Source of the DNA: Octopus sinensis
Taxonomy: Eukaryota
DNA length: 64,000 nt
Reading direction: 5' to 3'
Assembly (NCBI RefSeq): GCF_006345805.1
Contig: NC_043008.1
Span: 65,038,001 to 65,102,000, forward strand
Part shown: one piece after another, positions 25,381-41,862 of the stretch
Layout of the letters: each line of letters begins with the position of its first letter
Position numbering within the stretch: the first letter of the stretch is position 1
Program-made: the position numbers and the translations under genes
The notes under the pieces: model-generated
Told to the model about the DNA's origin: nothing
Seen by the model: only the letters and a program-made list of their open reading frames with translations
Databases searched by the model: none

Positions 25381-27122
25381 TTCAATAAGGTCCCAATACG
25401 GTCTGGTTTTCACGTTTTTTATTATGCTATTTTAACATTAAAAATATTTTCTAGCGTTCTTTCATGCGTCCGTATAATCGTCAGATTTCAAAAGGTATTT
25501 AACTGAGAGCTTAACATCTTGACTACTGTAGTACTTCTTAGAACGCTCCAACGAGTTGAATTTTTGGAATACGTTTTCGACCAATCCGCATTAACCTTAA
25601 ACATCACGGTTTGCCGGACGTACCGATATTCTGTAATTTGTTTATATTCATATGTTAAAGATACATTTTTAATCCATATCATTAACTGGGTGTTACATCA
25701 TTGGTGCTATTCCCGTTCAGAACAAGTTTGAACATATTAATCAACCGTTTTTCTTTTATCTTTCTTCTAAAATCACTTGTGTCATATGTTTCTATATATA
25801 TTCGCTCCATAAAATTTGGCGAACATTGGTGTTTCAGATTTGTTGTCTGAGGACTTCTGAGCGTTCCGATAATGCATTCCCGGTTTCGCCCATATATAAT
25901 TCCTCGAAATTCGGGCATTTAATACAGTAGATCAAATTTCTGCTTTTGCAGTTCATATCTTCATTTGCGAAAATCTGTTCATTTTCTGTTCTAATGTATC
26001 TACCAATATGCATATATTGACACGCTCCACATCTGTTATCTTTACATTTGGATACTGTGAATGTTTTATCCTGTTAGTTCATGTTAAATTTTGCCTTTGT
26101 TAATAGTTTCTTTAAGTTATGTGGTTGCCTTTTGCTTAAGATAAATGTTTGAGTAGTTATGTTTTTTTTTAAATTTTTCGCTTTCTTCTATGATTGGCAA
26201 ATCTGTTTCGATGATGTTAAAAATGTTTTGGTGATGCGGATTGTGTGTTTCTAGAAATTGTATTGTGTTCCGTTGATCGGTTCCTCTTTTTCGTATTACC
26301 TTAAGTTCTTCTATAGGTATTTCTTTTGCTCGTAGTATACTATTTTCTATAAGTAGGAGAGGGTAATTTTGCTTGAGCAGCAATCCTTTGAGTTTTATAA
26401 GTGGTGTGTTTTTTGTATTTGGATCATCTATTATAGTATAAATTTTTATGGCTAGAAGTACGGGATGTTGCGTTTTTTGTCTGTTGAGTTGCATGATTAG
26501 AAATTTAGGTACTGGTGTGTATCTGTGCTTTTGTAATAAAAATCAGTTGTGATTGTGGTATTGTTTTTAGTTACTATTATGTCAAGAAATAGTTATTGTG
26601 TGTTGCTCATTTCTCTTGCGAATTTGTGACTAAGGTGTTGATTTTTGAGGAGGGTGTTGAATTCTTTCATATTTTTCTAGGGAGTTGGTCCAAATTAGGA
26701 AACAGCCATCGAAGTATCTTTTTCATGTGTCCTCTATATATCTTTCAAAGGTAATGCTGTAGTTCTCTTCGATTTTTTTAATATAGGTTTGTTCCAATTA
26801 TCCCAATACTGAGTTCACGAAAAGTGGTGCAAAATGTGTCCCCATAACTGTGTCTCGAATTTGGAGGTAGTTTTTTTTTTTCGCTGAAAAAGAATGTATT
26901 GTTTTCGGGGATGGGGATTGGGAGCACTTTTCTTTGGTTTTTGACCCACTGTGGAATGTTTGTATATAAGTTAGTTAACTACAATTTCAAATCTTGATGA
27001 TTACTCAAAAATGTATGGAAGTGCTATTTGAATTTTATGACCATTACAAAATATTTTTTAATGCTAAAATACCGTAATAAAAAAAAACGTGGAAAAGAGA
27101 CCATGATTTAATCTTATTCAAC
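25379..27122 (-). mobile_element. Degenerate Penelope-like retroelement (RT plus GIY-YIG endonuclease) with inverted termini
   Basis: Minus-strand remnants LYTNIP (about 26960), ENNTFFF..YLQIRDTVMG, KRYFDGCFLIW (degenerate YIDD), FLDII, thumb ORF 26117-26494, then KLLTKAKF..CKDNRCGAC..MNCKSRNLIYCIKCPN..YMGETG. About 75-bp imperfect inverted repeats at 25379-25452 and 27041-27122. Confidence 0.85.
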
Positions 27123-27204
27123 TATTATTTTATTCTATACGCATTCGCACAAATTCGGGAAATAAGATATATATATATATACATACATATACATACATAT
27201 ATAT

Positions 27205-27295
<91 letters not shown>

Positions 27296-27298
27296 CAT

Positions 27299-27333
<35 letters not shown>

Positions 27334-28173
27334 CATACATAGATAAAAAAGCAAAGTAGCTACTTTAAAAATCTTTGTATGAAATACCAGTAATAACTCT
27401 TCAGAAAAGCAAAATGGTTGTTACTCATTTTTTACCCCAAGTAGAACACCCCCTCAAGCTGTTTGTCATTAACCAGTTGGGGGAAGGGTTCTGAGTTTAA
27501 AAAAGAGTAGCGTTGTTCCGTACAGAACAACCATATTGAAGTGGCAACAAACATTACGTTATATGCATATATACATAAAAATATTTGTACACACATAGAA
27601 TCATACTTACACACATATATGCATGCATACGTACACACATACATACATACATACATACATGCATACATACATACATACATACATACATACATACACATAT
27701 GTATGTGTGTATATATATCTATGTGGGGTTCCCCAAGACGGAACGAAAGAAAGATAAAAATCTCAAATTAAATTTGCAGGAGCAGTCAGAGAAAAGATCA
27801 AATCATTTCTAAATCTTATTGATTAGTGACTCTCATAACAAGGAAGAATTTTTTTAAAATTTACATTGGAATTACTGATGCGATGCGCCTCAGTCTATAG
27901 CCGATAACACTGAATATAGACGAAAATATTTATGAAGCAAAGTAACATCTTCAAAAGACTCTTAAACCTGTTTTGTTTACTAATTTAAAAATCTCTAAAT
28001 AAGGCACATTCTGATGGATTTCAAATTGTGTCACTTAATCCAAAGAACAGTTCAAACACCAAATGAAGATGGATTTTCTGTTCGACATCCATACCGCTAT
28101 GATATATACATATATAAATGTATATGATATATATATATGTATATATATATATATAATATATATATATATATAT

Positions 28174-30126
<1,953 letters not shown>

Positions 30127-30142
30127 ATATATATATATATAT

Positions 30143-30228
<86 letters not shown>

Positions 30229-30233
30229 ATATA

Positions 30234-30274
<41 letters not shown>

Positions 30275-30276
<2 letters not shown>

Positions 30277-30365
30277 GGCAGAAACGTTAGCGTGTCGGGC
30301 GAAATGCTTAGCGGTATTTCGTCTGTCGTTACGTTGTGAGTTCAAATTCCGCCGAGGTCGACTTT
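30275..30365 (+). mobile_element. SINE family 2, 5' part only
   Basis: ctggcagaaacgttagc...gagttcaaattccgccgaggtcgacttt. Confidence 0.8.
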
Positions 30366-31345
30366 TCTCTGAAAAATATCGTTTATAAACAATCACCCAT
30401 AGTGCCTCTAGATAAAATTTCCTCTGTATTAACATCATGATTTAATGTCTTCCTCTACCCACCCTCTTTTTATAGACACTTACTTTATATCCAATTGACT
30501 CCTCCTAACGTCTTCTTTCCTCCCAGAGGAAAAAAGGATACATATGACAATATTTATGACCATACCTAGCCATGAGCTGTCAACTCACTCTTGCTCTTTA
30601 TTCAAAACAGACATAGTTTTCTGGTCTTAGAGTTAGTAGTTGATAAAGAAATAAATTAATTAGAAATGAATTAAAATCCTTTACATGCTATTACTCCAAT
30701 GGGTTACATGCGATTCTTGGAAGTGTAGTTTATTCTTAGCTACAATAACGACGACATGAATTTCTTCTATCTACTTGCTCTGTTAAAGTATTTAAGAACA
30801 TTTATATTAATATGTCCGACTGGTTAAAATTCTATTTATTTATTTGTGCAGCTGAAGATAGCACTGCATTTAAATTGATGTAATGATTGCATTGTTCAAT
30901 TAAATGGAAACGCTTGAAACGGTGGTACTGCATCACTACTTGAATCACAGTTGAAGAACGATAGCTGCATACAAAAAGAGAAACGATCATGAACGAACGG
31001 CGTCAAACAAATGAAAATTTATCAACTAACTTAAAATATATGTGTTTACATGTGTGTTTATGGATGTCTCTCTGTGTCTGTGTGAGCGTATGTAGTTGGT
31101 AAAAGAGTACATCTGGTTCAATATCGCATCATTGTTTTTGCCTGACACGTCTCGCTATCACCTATGTGGACGACCCGCCAAAAAAACATACAGTAAAAAT
31201 CCTAAATATGCAAGAGTTATTTAGCAGCAACTTAAAAAAATATACGATGCGATAAAAAAGTTTCATATCCGTATACACACACACATGTACAGGCATTCGC
31301 ATGTACTTATACACACACACACACACACACACACATGTATTTATG

Positions 31346-31384
<39 letters not shown>

Positions 31385-31589
31385 GTATGTGTGGGTAATA
31401 TATATGCATATATACAAATATGTATATATATATATATATACATTTATATATATATGTGTGTGTATATATATTTATATATACACATATATGCATATATACA
31501 TACATATATGTAAATATACGTGTATATATATGTATATATATATGTATATATGTATCTATATGTATCTATATATGTATATATATATACAT

Positions 31590-31628
<39 letters not shown>

Positions 31629-32157
31629 ATATTACATATTTATGTGTACATATATATGCATCTATATATGTATATATATGCTCATATGTTTATATATGTA
31701 TGGAGGAGTTGGTGTGGAAATATATGTATATATATATGTGTGTGTGCGTGCGTGTGCGTTTGTGTGTGTGCACGTACGTATATATCAGGAAGTCGTCTAT
31801 ACAAAGAAAAAAAAGACATTCTATCTCTGATACAGTGGAATATTATGCCATAACACAATCAGTTTGGAAATATGATTATACATAATTAATATAAGATTTT
31901 CTCATGGTCTGCCGCACTCTAAGTTGTTCATTGAATTATTGCTAGTAATAATAAAACATCATTTCAAATTAAGTATAAAATACAGAAATGTTTTACGCTC
32001 AAAAATACACATAATCACAAAAAAAACGAACACGCATTTTTGTCTACATACACACACTCTCATAAGCGCACACACAAACACACACTAATACACACATACA
32101 TGCACTTATACATACATACACACATATATAATATATCTATATGTGTGTATATATATA

Positions 32158-32197
<40 letters not shown>

Positions 32198-33277
32198 ATA
32201 TATATATGCATATTTATGTATATGTACATTCAACTATTTAGATAGCTATTTATATGTATCTATTGATATGGCATTTTATTACATACAGACATACACGTGT
32301 ATAATATTCTAGGCTTCTTAATATATATTTTTATTCATCAACACTCGCACACGCAGAGAAAACTACTCACATAGAAATTCACCCGTAGACACATGGACAC
32401 TCATACCCATACATATTTCTACACACACATACACACATATATATATACATATATATACAAACACACATATATACACACACATATTTGTGTGTATTTGTTT
32501 TGTATCTATGTATAACTAAGTGTAATGAAATATATATGGCGATGTTGTTCATTAAGTTTCCCTGATTTGTATCAGTGTTCTTATTTACATATATGTTTAA
32601 AATGGCAGTGTATGGTGGAGACATAGATAATTCTAATTGAATTACGTATATCTCAAAATAGTTGCTTTTATAATAGTTGTTTTCCCGTCCCTGATTGCTT
32701 AAATTTAGTGTTTGGCCAAAAAAAAGACTGTACATGTGTGCCTGTGCGTATGTGTGTATGTGTGTGTGTGTGAGTGTGTGTATGTGTGTGTGTCTGTGTG
32801 TAAATTGGCACTTGCAGAAAAAATGGGGTATTCATAAATGTCTAAGTATTTATTCCGCTTATGAAATGGAATGGAGCATGATATCAATACGATCGTTCGT
32901 CTCATCTCATTATGAAAATCGAAGCTAGGACGCTATCTTTTATGATACATCGTCTTTTAAAATAGGCAATCGTCTCTAATACTTAATTGGGAGACAGAGA
33001 AGTGATAGTTTTTAATGTGATCATTGGTGTGTTGATATTTGGTTATGAAAGGCAGTTCAGGAGATCGATCCTTACCCAGTAGTTCAGACCTTGTTTTATT
33101 TATTTTTCTATACTAAAATGTTTCTTAAATAAATGCATACTTACATACATACACGAACACAGCGACACTTACACACATACATACGCATGTACATATATAT
33201 ATATGCCTGTGTGTGTAGACAATATACTTGTATATACACATACACAATATGTGTGTGTAGACAATATACAAAAAAAG

Positions 33278-33338
33278 CTGAGTAGACAATATTTTTCCTA
33301 CACACAGGAAGTGTGTAGGAAGTATATTGTCTGCTCAG
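33278..33338. other. 61-nt hairpin (28-bp stem, 5-nt loop), pre-miRNA-like or MITE-like
   Basis: ctgagtagacaatatttttcctacacac-aggaa-gtgtgtaggaagtatattgtctgctcag; as plus-strand RNA, one mismatch and two G:U pairs. Confidence 0.7.
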
Positions 33339-33378
33339 ATATCTAGCTTTAAAATTCTATCAAATTGGTATATTTCGG

Positions 33379-33900
33379 TGTTGTCCACATTTTATCACGC
33401 GGTTAAGTTTCTACTAAATTCGTTGCAAAGATTGGATGGCTTTAACTAGCCAATCGGTGTGTGACCAACAATTATTACCCCAACGCAGAAAGATTATTTT
33501 CCTGCCTACCACCCATTATATAAGAAACGATCCCTTACGCTACAGAGCAGAGAGAGGAGATCGAGACGGGATCACAAGCAAGCAAACGTCTTCCGATGAA
33601 CTGCAATACCCAGAACATAGAACTATGCTGCCCAGAACACAGAACTACGCTTCTCACACCACAGAACTACGCTACATAGCACACAGAGCCAAGCCATGAA
33701 TTATCAAAACTAGCTACTTGGCAATTTGTAAAACATCTGTGATGTATTTTATCTATAAAGGTTGCAATAAAGGTTGCAACAGTCGCGTTAAAGTACTTGG
33801 TTCTTCTTATCATTAGTCTAACTAGAATCAGTCCAGGCCCACAGACGAGACCAGTTAATGTATAATCATCACGCAGACACTTAAAGATGAACCAACCACA
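33379..33900 (+). mobile_element. Possible solo LTR
   Basis: Starts TGT and ends ACA; CCAAT 33450-33454, TATATAAG 33517-33524, cagaactacgct-type subrepeats, AATAAA 33766-33771. No TSD found. Confidence 0.35.
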
Positions 33901-36900
33901 TTTAACTTAATCAAAACTCATAAACAACAGCCTTTATATATATATATATATTATATATATATATACAAAGCCCAAAAATGAAAATTCTGATTGAAAAAAT
34001 AACCTTACGGAATAACAGACGCCAATCAAATATCTTAAAAACATCTCGTCAGCACCTTCTAGCTGCTAGTAACCGCATCCTTTGGCAAAATCTCTCTGCA
34101 GTTAGGTGCTAAAACAGTAACCACAATTATCCAGCCAGCTGAACAAAATTCGTGATGTGCAACGCAAGCAGAATAAGATTAAAAGAATACTTTATAGGTA
34201 TAAAGAATACTTTATAGGTTTTGAGACATGCGTTACATACTTGCTGCATAATGAATACATTTAAAAGCACTAACGGGTCAAGTGATGATGGTAATAGTGA
34301 TCTGTGTATCATATTTAGCTAAATAATACACGCCCGAAATGAGCATATAGCATTACTGCCACTGATGTTGTTTTATTTAACACATTAGGTCAATAAGAGA
34401 TATTATCTCCGAACGAATACGCATTACCAAATACAAGAGCAATCTACGGGCAACCTCCAATTGCTTGTCCAACCAAATTTCTTTCTCAGAACATACATTA
34501 TGAGAAAAGCATCGAAAGATTGCTTGTACTATATAAATTTCTGTACTCTATGGCTGAAAGCCAAAAGAAACGGTTGTAGTTATGTCTGATGGAAAAAAAT
34601 AGCAGTACAGCGACATCAAAAGCAACAGCAAAATCTGCAACAACAACCACAACAATATCATAACATACATTTCTGTTTCTACAGCAGTAATCGCTGCAAC
34701 GACTACTACGATAGATATTTGACTATTACACTACTGTAGCCATCATAAATATACCACCGAACAACACCCAGTATAGTCGCTAACGTAGGCAGCTCTTATA
34801 CAGCGTTAGAGATAGCATGATGTCTCTGAATCAACACCTTGCATCCTCTGGTTGAATACATTATTTGACTTTAACTATACGTTATGAATGGACAATGACA
34901 ATATCAAGCTGATTTGTAATAATGCCTTTCTGAGTGTCATAATTAAATATTTACGCGGAGATTTTAGTGTTACTTTAACACAAAAACTTATCATAAATTT
35001 ATATTGCGGAACGTAATACGTTATATAATATGTAAACAATGAAGCAATACAATTACATGAAACACACACATGTACACACATATACGACTGTATACTGATG
35101 CACGCACCTATATACGCATATGCATATTTGTATTCATTTGTGGTAAAATGGGCTTGAGGATGGGTGTTTATCTTATTTATATACTAAAAGTAATACTGAA
35201 CTTCCTTTTTGGTAAATAATATGACACAATCTGTAATAATTATATATTTGAACCTTAGAATAATGATAGGCAGAGTCGTGTATCGATTCTTGAATCACCT
35301 CTGAAGCATCGACCGCTGTAATAAAATTTGAGGCTGTTTGTGATTATGTTCCTCTTAATCTCCTTCCGTGAAGGTGTTATTCGTCTAGATAAATATTTCA
35401 AGTGATAGTAATACTCTGGCTACATTTTAGTTAGTAGGTTAAACTAAACGACATTAAGAATTAGCAATACCCTTTGGCCCAATGTCTAGGTTGTATAGAA
35501 GAGAATACTTGGTAAAAAATGAAAGTAATCACATTCCACATCTTAGGTTTCTATCTTATGACAGTAGTGAAGTGTAATGTGAGGAACATTTAGCTGTTAT
35601 TTGTAGTAAATTGATTGCCACGAAGAATTTACCCCGTTCATTCATTTGTAACTTTACACATATAGAAAAGCACTCAGGTTGTTATATTTTATATTATCTT
35701 CCTGGTCTATCATTCTTCTTGTGTGGGAGATTTAATGTCACTAGGTCTAACACCAGAACGTGGTCCGTGGCTGAATTTTGTGGTGTCACCTTTAGTGTAA
35801 GCATTCAGCCAATGTTTCCTCTCTTGAGGATGGCACCTTTCCTCAATGTAATCCACTAGGCTTCAATGCCCTGAAAAGTGACATGAACGTTACCATTTGT
35901 CCTCTGGCTATATAAGATATAAGTAGACCTCGAAGAGATTACTGTGCAACAGCAAAGAATGGAAAGTGAGGAAGAGGGTGAAAAATACGAGATAATTTAA
36001 GATCGAGAAAGACAGGAACAGGACACACCGACAGCCTTGTTACACTATATGTTTCAGTAATTTTATTCGAGCTATTTGCCACGAGTGACTTTGCATATCC
36101 TATCTTATACAGGATGTAAGTACCTAATATTAGTACTTGTATTTTTTTTTCATGTTATTGGTTAAAAGCCTCTTCAGGGAAGGAGATGAAAAGCCCATTA
36201 TTTTAGGTTGTCTGAGACTTCTTGGAAGGTGTCATAATCCTGAATACATGGCCTGAATGCTTGTGGTATAATGGATATAGGTAAAACTTACGATGGACAC
36301 ATTGACGATGGTAAATTGACATAAAGACTTATACTGAGAGAAGACAGAGTCCTTTCGACAGATTTCGACAGAGTTACACTCTATCAAATAACATTCAAAA
36401 CTTTTCTTCTATTCGTGGGAAGAACCTATTTAGTAAAGTTTTTGATTTAGACCAGAAAGCATGTGTTTATGAGGCGAACCACGAAACTACTCATCTATAG
36501 CTGTACACTAAATGTAGAAAGCATTGAATCATTAGCTAATGATTTTTTCTGATTGTTTACGACTAAATGCTTTCATCAAAAACAATGATTATGAAAATAT
36601 ATTATGAACTTGCAATTGTTAAAATGTCGCACTGTTTTAGCAGTCAGAGAAATGATTTTTGCATCTAATTCAACATGGGTATCTAACAGGAAAAAAAAAA
36701 TTAATTCTTTTTAGAAAAAAAAATCTGTTATTTCCATTTGCACCATTTATTAACAGTTGTACCCTTTCAGAGATTATTTTCTTTCTCCAATGTATTCCGA
36801 ATTCATGTAGTTAAATGCATTTCTTTCCACTATTTATTCATCTTGCAACAATGCAGCATTACAGAATATTTTGATGATGATGGTGTTTTCTCTACTTTCT

Positions 36901-37479
36901 TTTCTTTTTTTTGCAAAAGTTCCATTGATTAGATAGTTGTAAACTAGTTTTACATTGATGTATACTGATAAAATTGTTCGTCTGCTTATCAACGACGCTC
37001 TCTACGCTTTGCTGTATGTGTAACGTACTAGTGCCAACAGACAAAAGCTCTACTTTTTCCTCACCAGCCAACTATGGCGTAGCAGTCACGATTTCTTTTC
37101 GTTGTGCTTGAATGGCTACAGCTATGAAATACAATAGGTATAGCGATTTCGCTTGAGAACATGTATCCATTTGGGCTGAATACTGCTTTCATTATTTCAA
37201 CAGTCGTGACTCTCATGTGTCGTGGAATATAACATCAACGACGACCTCATTATAATCTAACGCATCTTTTGATATCCACATTGCCGGCATCAGATTGTCG
37301 CAGCATGGCTTTATTTAGCTGGAGTTAGTTGTCATTAAAAACAAAACAAAGAAAAAGAATTATTGTTATTTGAATTTTTATTAAATCATAACTTAGGAAG
37401 CACATATAAAACAGATTCGCAAACACAAAACAGATGAACACACACATACACACATACACACACACACTACATACAAGTG

Positions 37480-37630
37480 CAGGAATGACTGTGTAGTTAA
37501 GAAAATCGCTCGGCAGCGAAATGGTTCGGGGTTCAGGCCCGCTGCGTGTGAGCTCGGCGAAATATTTTCGAACAGGATCAATTTGTGCATTGTGAATGAA
37601 TTGGATCGACGGAAACCACGAGGAAGACTG
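37480..37630 (+). mobile_element. Highly degenerate SINE family 1, 5' part
   Basis: caggaatgactgtgtagttaag...atggttcggggttcaggcccgctgcgtg...gacggaaac. Confidence 0.55.
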
Positions 37631-37845
37631 TCACTCAGCTAAGGTACACAGTTCCTTATAGTCAAACAACTGTAACCTAAATAAGATCAGGATGCAACCC
37701 CTGCTCATTTGTCATTCATTTACTTATTACTATTCTGTTCTCAGTTCATCTCCTCGTTGAGAGTAGAGTGCAGCATAAAGGACATTAATGAATTAATCCC
37801 ACTTCACTGCCGATGTTAGTAATACTCTGCATCATATGTATCAGA

Positions 37846-38300
37846 TATTATGACCCCAAAAACGGTTTTTCGTCCCTGTATGGCAAATCAGAATCATAAT
37901 ATTGTGTTGAGTCAAAATTTTTGCAACATTTTGATTAACTTCTATGCTATATTCGTCCAGTTACATCAAACGCAACCTCGTATTAATAGCAGAGCCTCTT
38001 TACTATCAGTTTATGACCTCATGCTGATACAAGTTATTGACCTTCGAGGTGAAAAACTCCTTCAAAGAAGCTTCCACTTCCTCTTAGCTGATGATGCCTC
38101 GCAAGCACAGGAAGTGTGCCATGGATCGGAACAAATAATCCTATGTGCTGAGTGTGATATCAGATAGATTTCGTCAAGTTCCTGAAGTATATTCCGGGTA
38201 GTTCGAGCGGTATGAAGCCTTGCGTTGTCTTTCTGAGGGATGGCTGGCTTTCTGTTAACCAATACCGAATACTTTTGCTGCACAATGGCATGCTCCACGT
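37846..38300 (-). mobile_element. mariner transposase 3' fragment
   Basis: Track ORF 38062-38298 has KDNARLHTARTT (DNARPH motif); further downstream EEVEASLKEFF. Confidence 0.8.
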
Positions 38301-38309
38301 GTTCCGAGT

Positions 38310-39400
38310 TCAGAAATCAAAATTTTCCAGCTTGGGAGACAACCGTTTACTTAAAGTAGCCGCCCTCAGCTTCCGCCACGGCCCCAAAGCCTCTTCGGAA
38401 CCTGGCCCATACATTGTTCAATGTTTCCTAGGTAAGTCCTTTGAAAACCTTCCTGATCTAGGGCAAGAACTTGATCTTGATGGTTGATGGTTCGATCGTC
38501 CGAAACAAACTCGTAGTGAATTATCTCCTCGTAATTCTACTAGACACAAAGCATTACCTTGTGTTCGAAGCGCCCATATTTGGCAACAGATTCCGGAAAC
38601 TGGCTGTGACTTAAACACTATTTATGCGTGTTAGGATTGCAAAAATATAGCTCCTTCAGATTATTACCTGTTCCATTTCATGTCTCACTTCCTGCACTCG
38701 CGACGCTTCATCAAGCAAAAGGTGAACGCACCAGTGAAGGAACTGGGATAAAAACAATCAAAACTTTCCAGCTTGAGAGATAACAGTTTACTTAAAGTAC
38801 CCGCCCTTAACTTCCGCCACGGTCCCAAAGCCGCTTCGGAACCTGGCCCATGTGTTGTTCAATGTTTTCCTTTGAAAACCTTCCTGATCTAGGGCGACGG
38901 CTCGATCCTGATGATGCAGGCAGAGCCGCTTTTGTCTTTCTCAATCGCGGAGAGTAATCTCTACGATTGCAATCGGGAGAATTAAGAGAACAGAAATTGG
39001 TGATAGTGAAGATGTACCAATTCTCCGTCAGCCATTTCTGACACTTTCCAAAGGTATAGATAGAAACCGAATCCTACTGGTAAACATAGTCTTCCAGCAG
39101 CAACCCTCTATAGCCAGGGATTGACCACAGACTCCACTAGCTTCACAGCCACCTGAATTGAGTCTAAGGTCCTGTTCAAATGTATGAGGCAGCAAGACAT
39201 CACCCTCATTAGAGACATAACCATAGACTATCAGAGTTTTGGTGACCTTAGTTTTTTTGATGTCCATGCTATTTCTTACTGCTTTTATAGTGGGTAAGAG
39301 CATTCATCAGCAGTCATGATCTCCATATTATTACAGCCGACACTTTTTTCCTATATTCAACCGTCATCCAGTATGCCATGACAGCTAACATTTCTCAACT
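38310..39400 (-). mobile_element. Tc1/mariner-superfamily (maT/DD37D-like) remnants with a duplicated 3' end
   Basis: Track ORF 39028-39303 has VYGYVSNEGDVLLPHTFEQDLRLNS. The C-terminal ARFR...VAEAEGGYF-like segment occurs twice (about 38319-38480 and 38761-38905). Subfamily call is tentative. Confidence 0.65.
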
Positions 39401-39628
39401 ACAACTTTAATCCATATTTTCTCCAACGCCTTTGACTTTCTTGCAATCCACGAAGCTATCTCTGAAAAAGTAGACATGATAATCGTTACATTTAGCCCGC
39501 ACAGCCCGTATATATATATAAGTATATGTGTGTTGTGTATGTATGTGTGTGTGTGTGTGTTTATATACGTGTTTCATTGTGCATGTAGATAAATTCATTG
39601 TTAGATTTGAACCTCATGGATATATATG

Positions 39629-39670
<42 letters not shown>

Positions 39671-39755
39671 TACACACATATATTCGTTTAGATATATGCG
39701 TGTATACATACACATATAGATTTATATACTTACATGCATACACACATAGATACAT

Positions 39756-39810
<55 letters not shown>

Positions 39811-40531
39811 TATATATATATAGGGAGAGACACAGATAGGGAGAGACACAGAGAAAATGAGGAATACATCTATGTCTGTTATTTATGTCTGTCAACACGT
39901 GCGTTAGTGTATTAATCTTTTCCAGAGTTTACAAGAAAATTCTTGATACTTCAGGAATTCAAATCATTTGTTATCTAAACTGTTTTATATTGATTCATAT
40001 GACCTCGTACAAATACAGAGGTATCACAATTTCTGAAGACGGTTCAACACTCTTGATCTCATTCCTGTGCAATTTTGTTGTAAGAAGCTTCAATAATCTC
40101 CACAAATTGTCTTGACACTGCTTGCGGAAAGAACATATAAGTATATACTTTAGCACATATAAACATACTTTGCACGCGTATGTGTGTGCGGGTGCACGTA
40201 TGAATGTATGCATGCGTCAACTAGACATGCATGGCCTACGAAGAATAAAGTTTAATTTGCTAGATCGAGAGTTTTATCTACTCTCTGTGTTCTATGACCA
40301 ATGAGCTATGACCAATGTTCATGTGAAATGAATTAGAGGAAACAATGGATTGTGAATATATCTATAAGTGGAGGACACACACAAGCACACAAACAAAACA
40401 CGCATGCGCACAAAAATTCATACGTATATATGCATACGTATATACGCGTATACATATAGCTACTTCTGTAACACTTTCATATATGAAAATATTAATACAT
40501 ATATGTGCATACCTACACACTCACATACACC

Positions 40532-40562
<31 letters not shown>

Positions 40563-40628
40563 ATGTGTGTGTATGTGTGTGTGTGCGTATGTATAAATAT
40601 ATATATATTAGAAAATATATATGTATAT

Positions 40629-40702
40629 TAAAACCACATTAATGTGGTTTTAGAGTCAGATTTTGGCTGCTATTTCCAGCGTGGCGGTATCTCTTAGATA
40701 CC
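40629..40702. repeat. 24-bp perfect palindrome plus a 7-bp stem hairpin
   Basis: taaaaccacattaatgtggtttta (40629-40652) and ggtatct-ctt-agatacc (40686-40702). Confidence 0.85.
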
Positions 40703-40802
40703 CTAAATTATAGTTTTAATATATATATATACGCGGGTTTTTATAACATGTGTAGTTCAGTATATGTCTACGTATCCGGAGACTCGTATATGTATGTATA
40801 TA

Positions 40803-40881
<79 letters not shown>

Positions 40882-41862
40882 CATATAATCGTATAACATT
40901 GCAATATAGATTCTAAACGAAATGTTTCCGACAAGAATTATTTGAATTCCATAAAACGTTGAAAATAATTGACCATTCCATTTCAGAACTATAACTACAT
41001 AAGTGATGAGATTTCGCCGATGAAGGCAAACGGCTTTGGAGCAAAAAAAAAAAATTGATTAATATAGATATTATTTTTGTTGTTACAATTCAATAGAAAT
41101 TTATCGAACACTGCTTGCCCAATACTTCAATAGATACAGTCAACGTGCGTCCTTTGATTAGGTCTGTTTCGAAGTTATGGTGTTTTGGTTCATAAATATA
41201 TCCTTTGAAACTGTTTTAAATTGAAGTTGTCTATTTTTAATTTTATATTTTTAGAATATAAATACAATGAAAAGAGCAAGAAAAAGAAAACAAAAAAAAA
41301 ACATCATTGAGAAATTCGATCAGACGTAAAAAAATCATTATTTTTTTTTCTATTATGTTTTGTTGACTTGAAATAGTTTCTACAGTCTACATTCTTCATG
41401 GGGTGGGTTGTGTTGTTGTCGTCAGAGACTACATTGTAAATAAATAGTTGTGAGAAATGAGTTGGGTGGAGAGAAAGAAGAAAAATGAAAATAAATAATA
41501 AATTATATGTGGACTTAACCTACACACATCAATTATCTATTAGTTGTTAATTGCTTTCACAATTCACTAGAAGCGTACTTCTGACTCTATAAAAAGAAAA
41601 CAAACATAAAAGGACAACCAAAACCAACATTTAATCGTTGGTTTAGTTTTTTATTATAAATATGTACTCTGAGAAAAAAATGATAATTTTGCAAAATTGA
41701 CTACAGGATATGTCAAATGTTCTATAGTTTAATCCACTTTTACTTTAACATTTCAGATACGATTTAATAATTAACAATAAAATGCTAAATCTAATCTTAC
41801 GATAAAGTTCACCAGTGGATTTCCTAAATTTGCTATGATCAAAGGTTCTAAAGTATTGCCAA

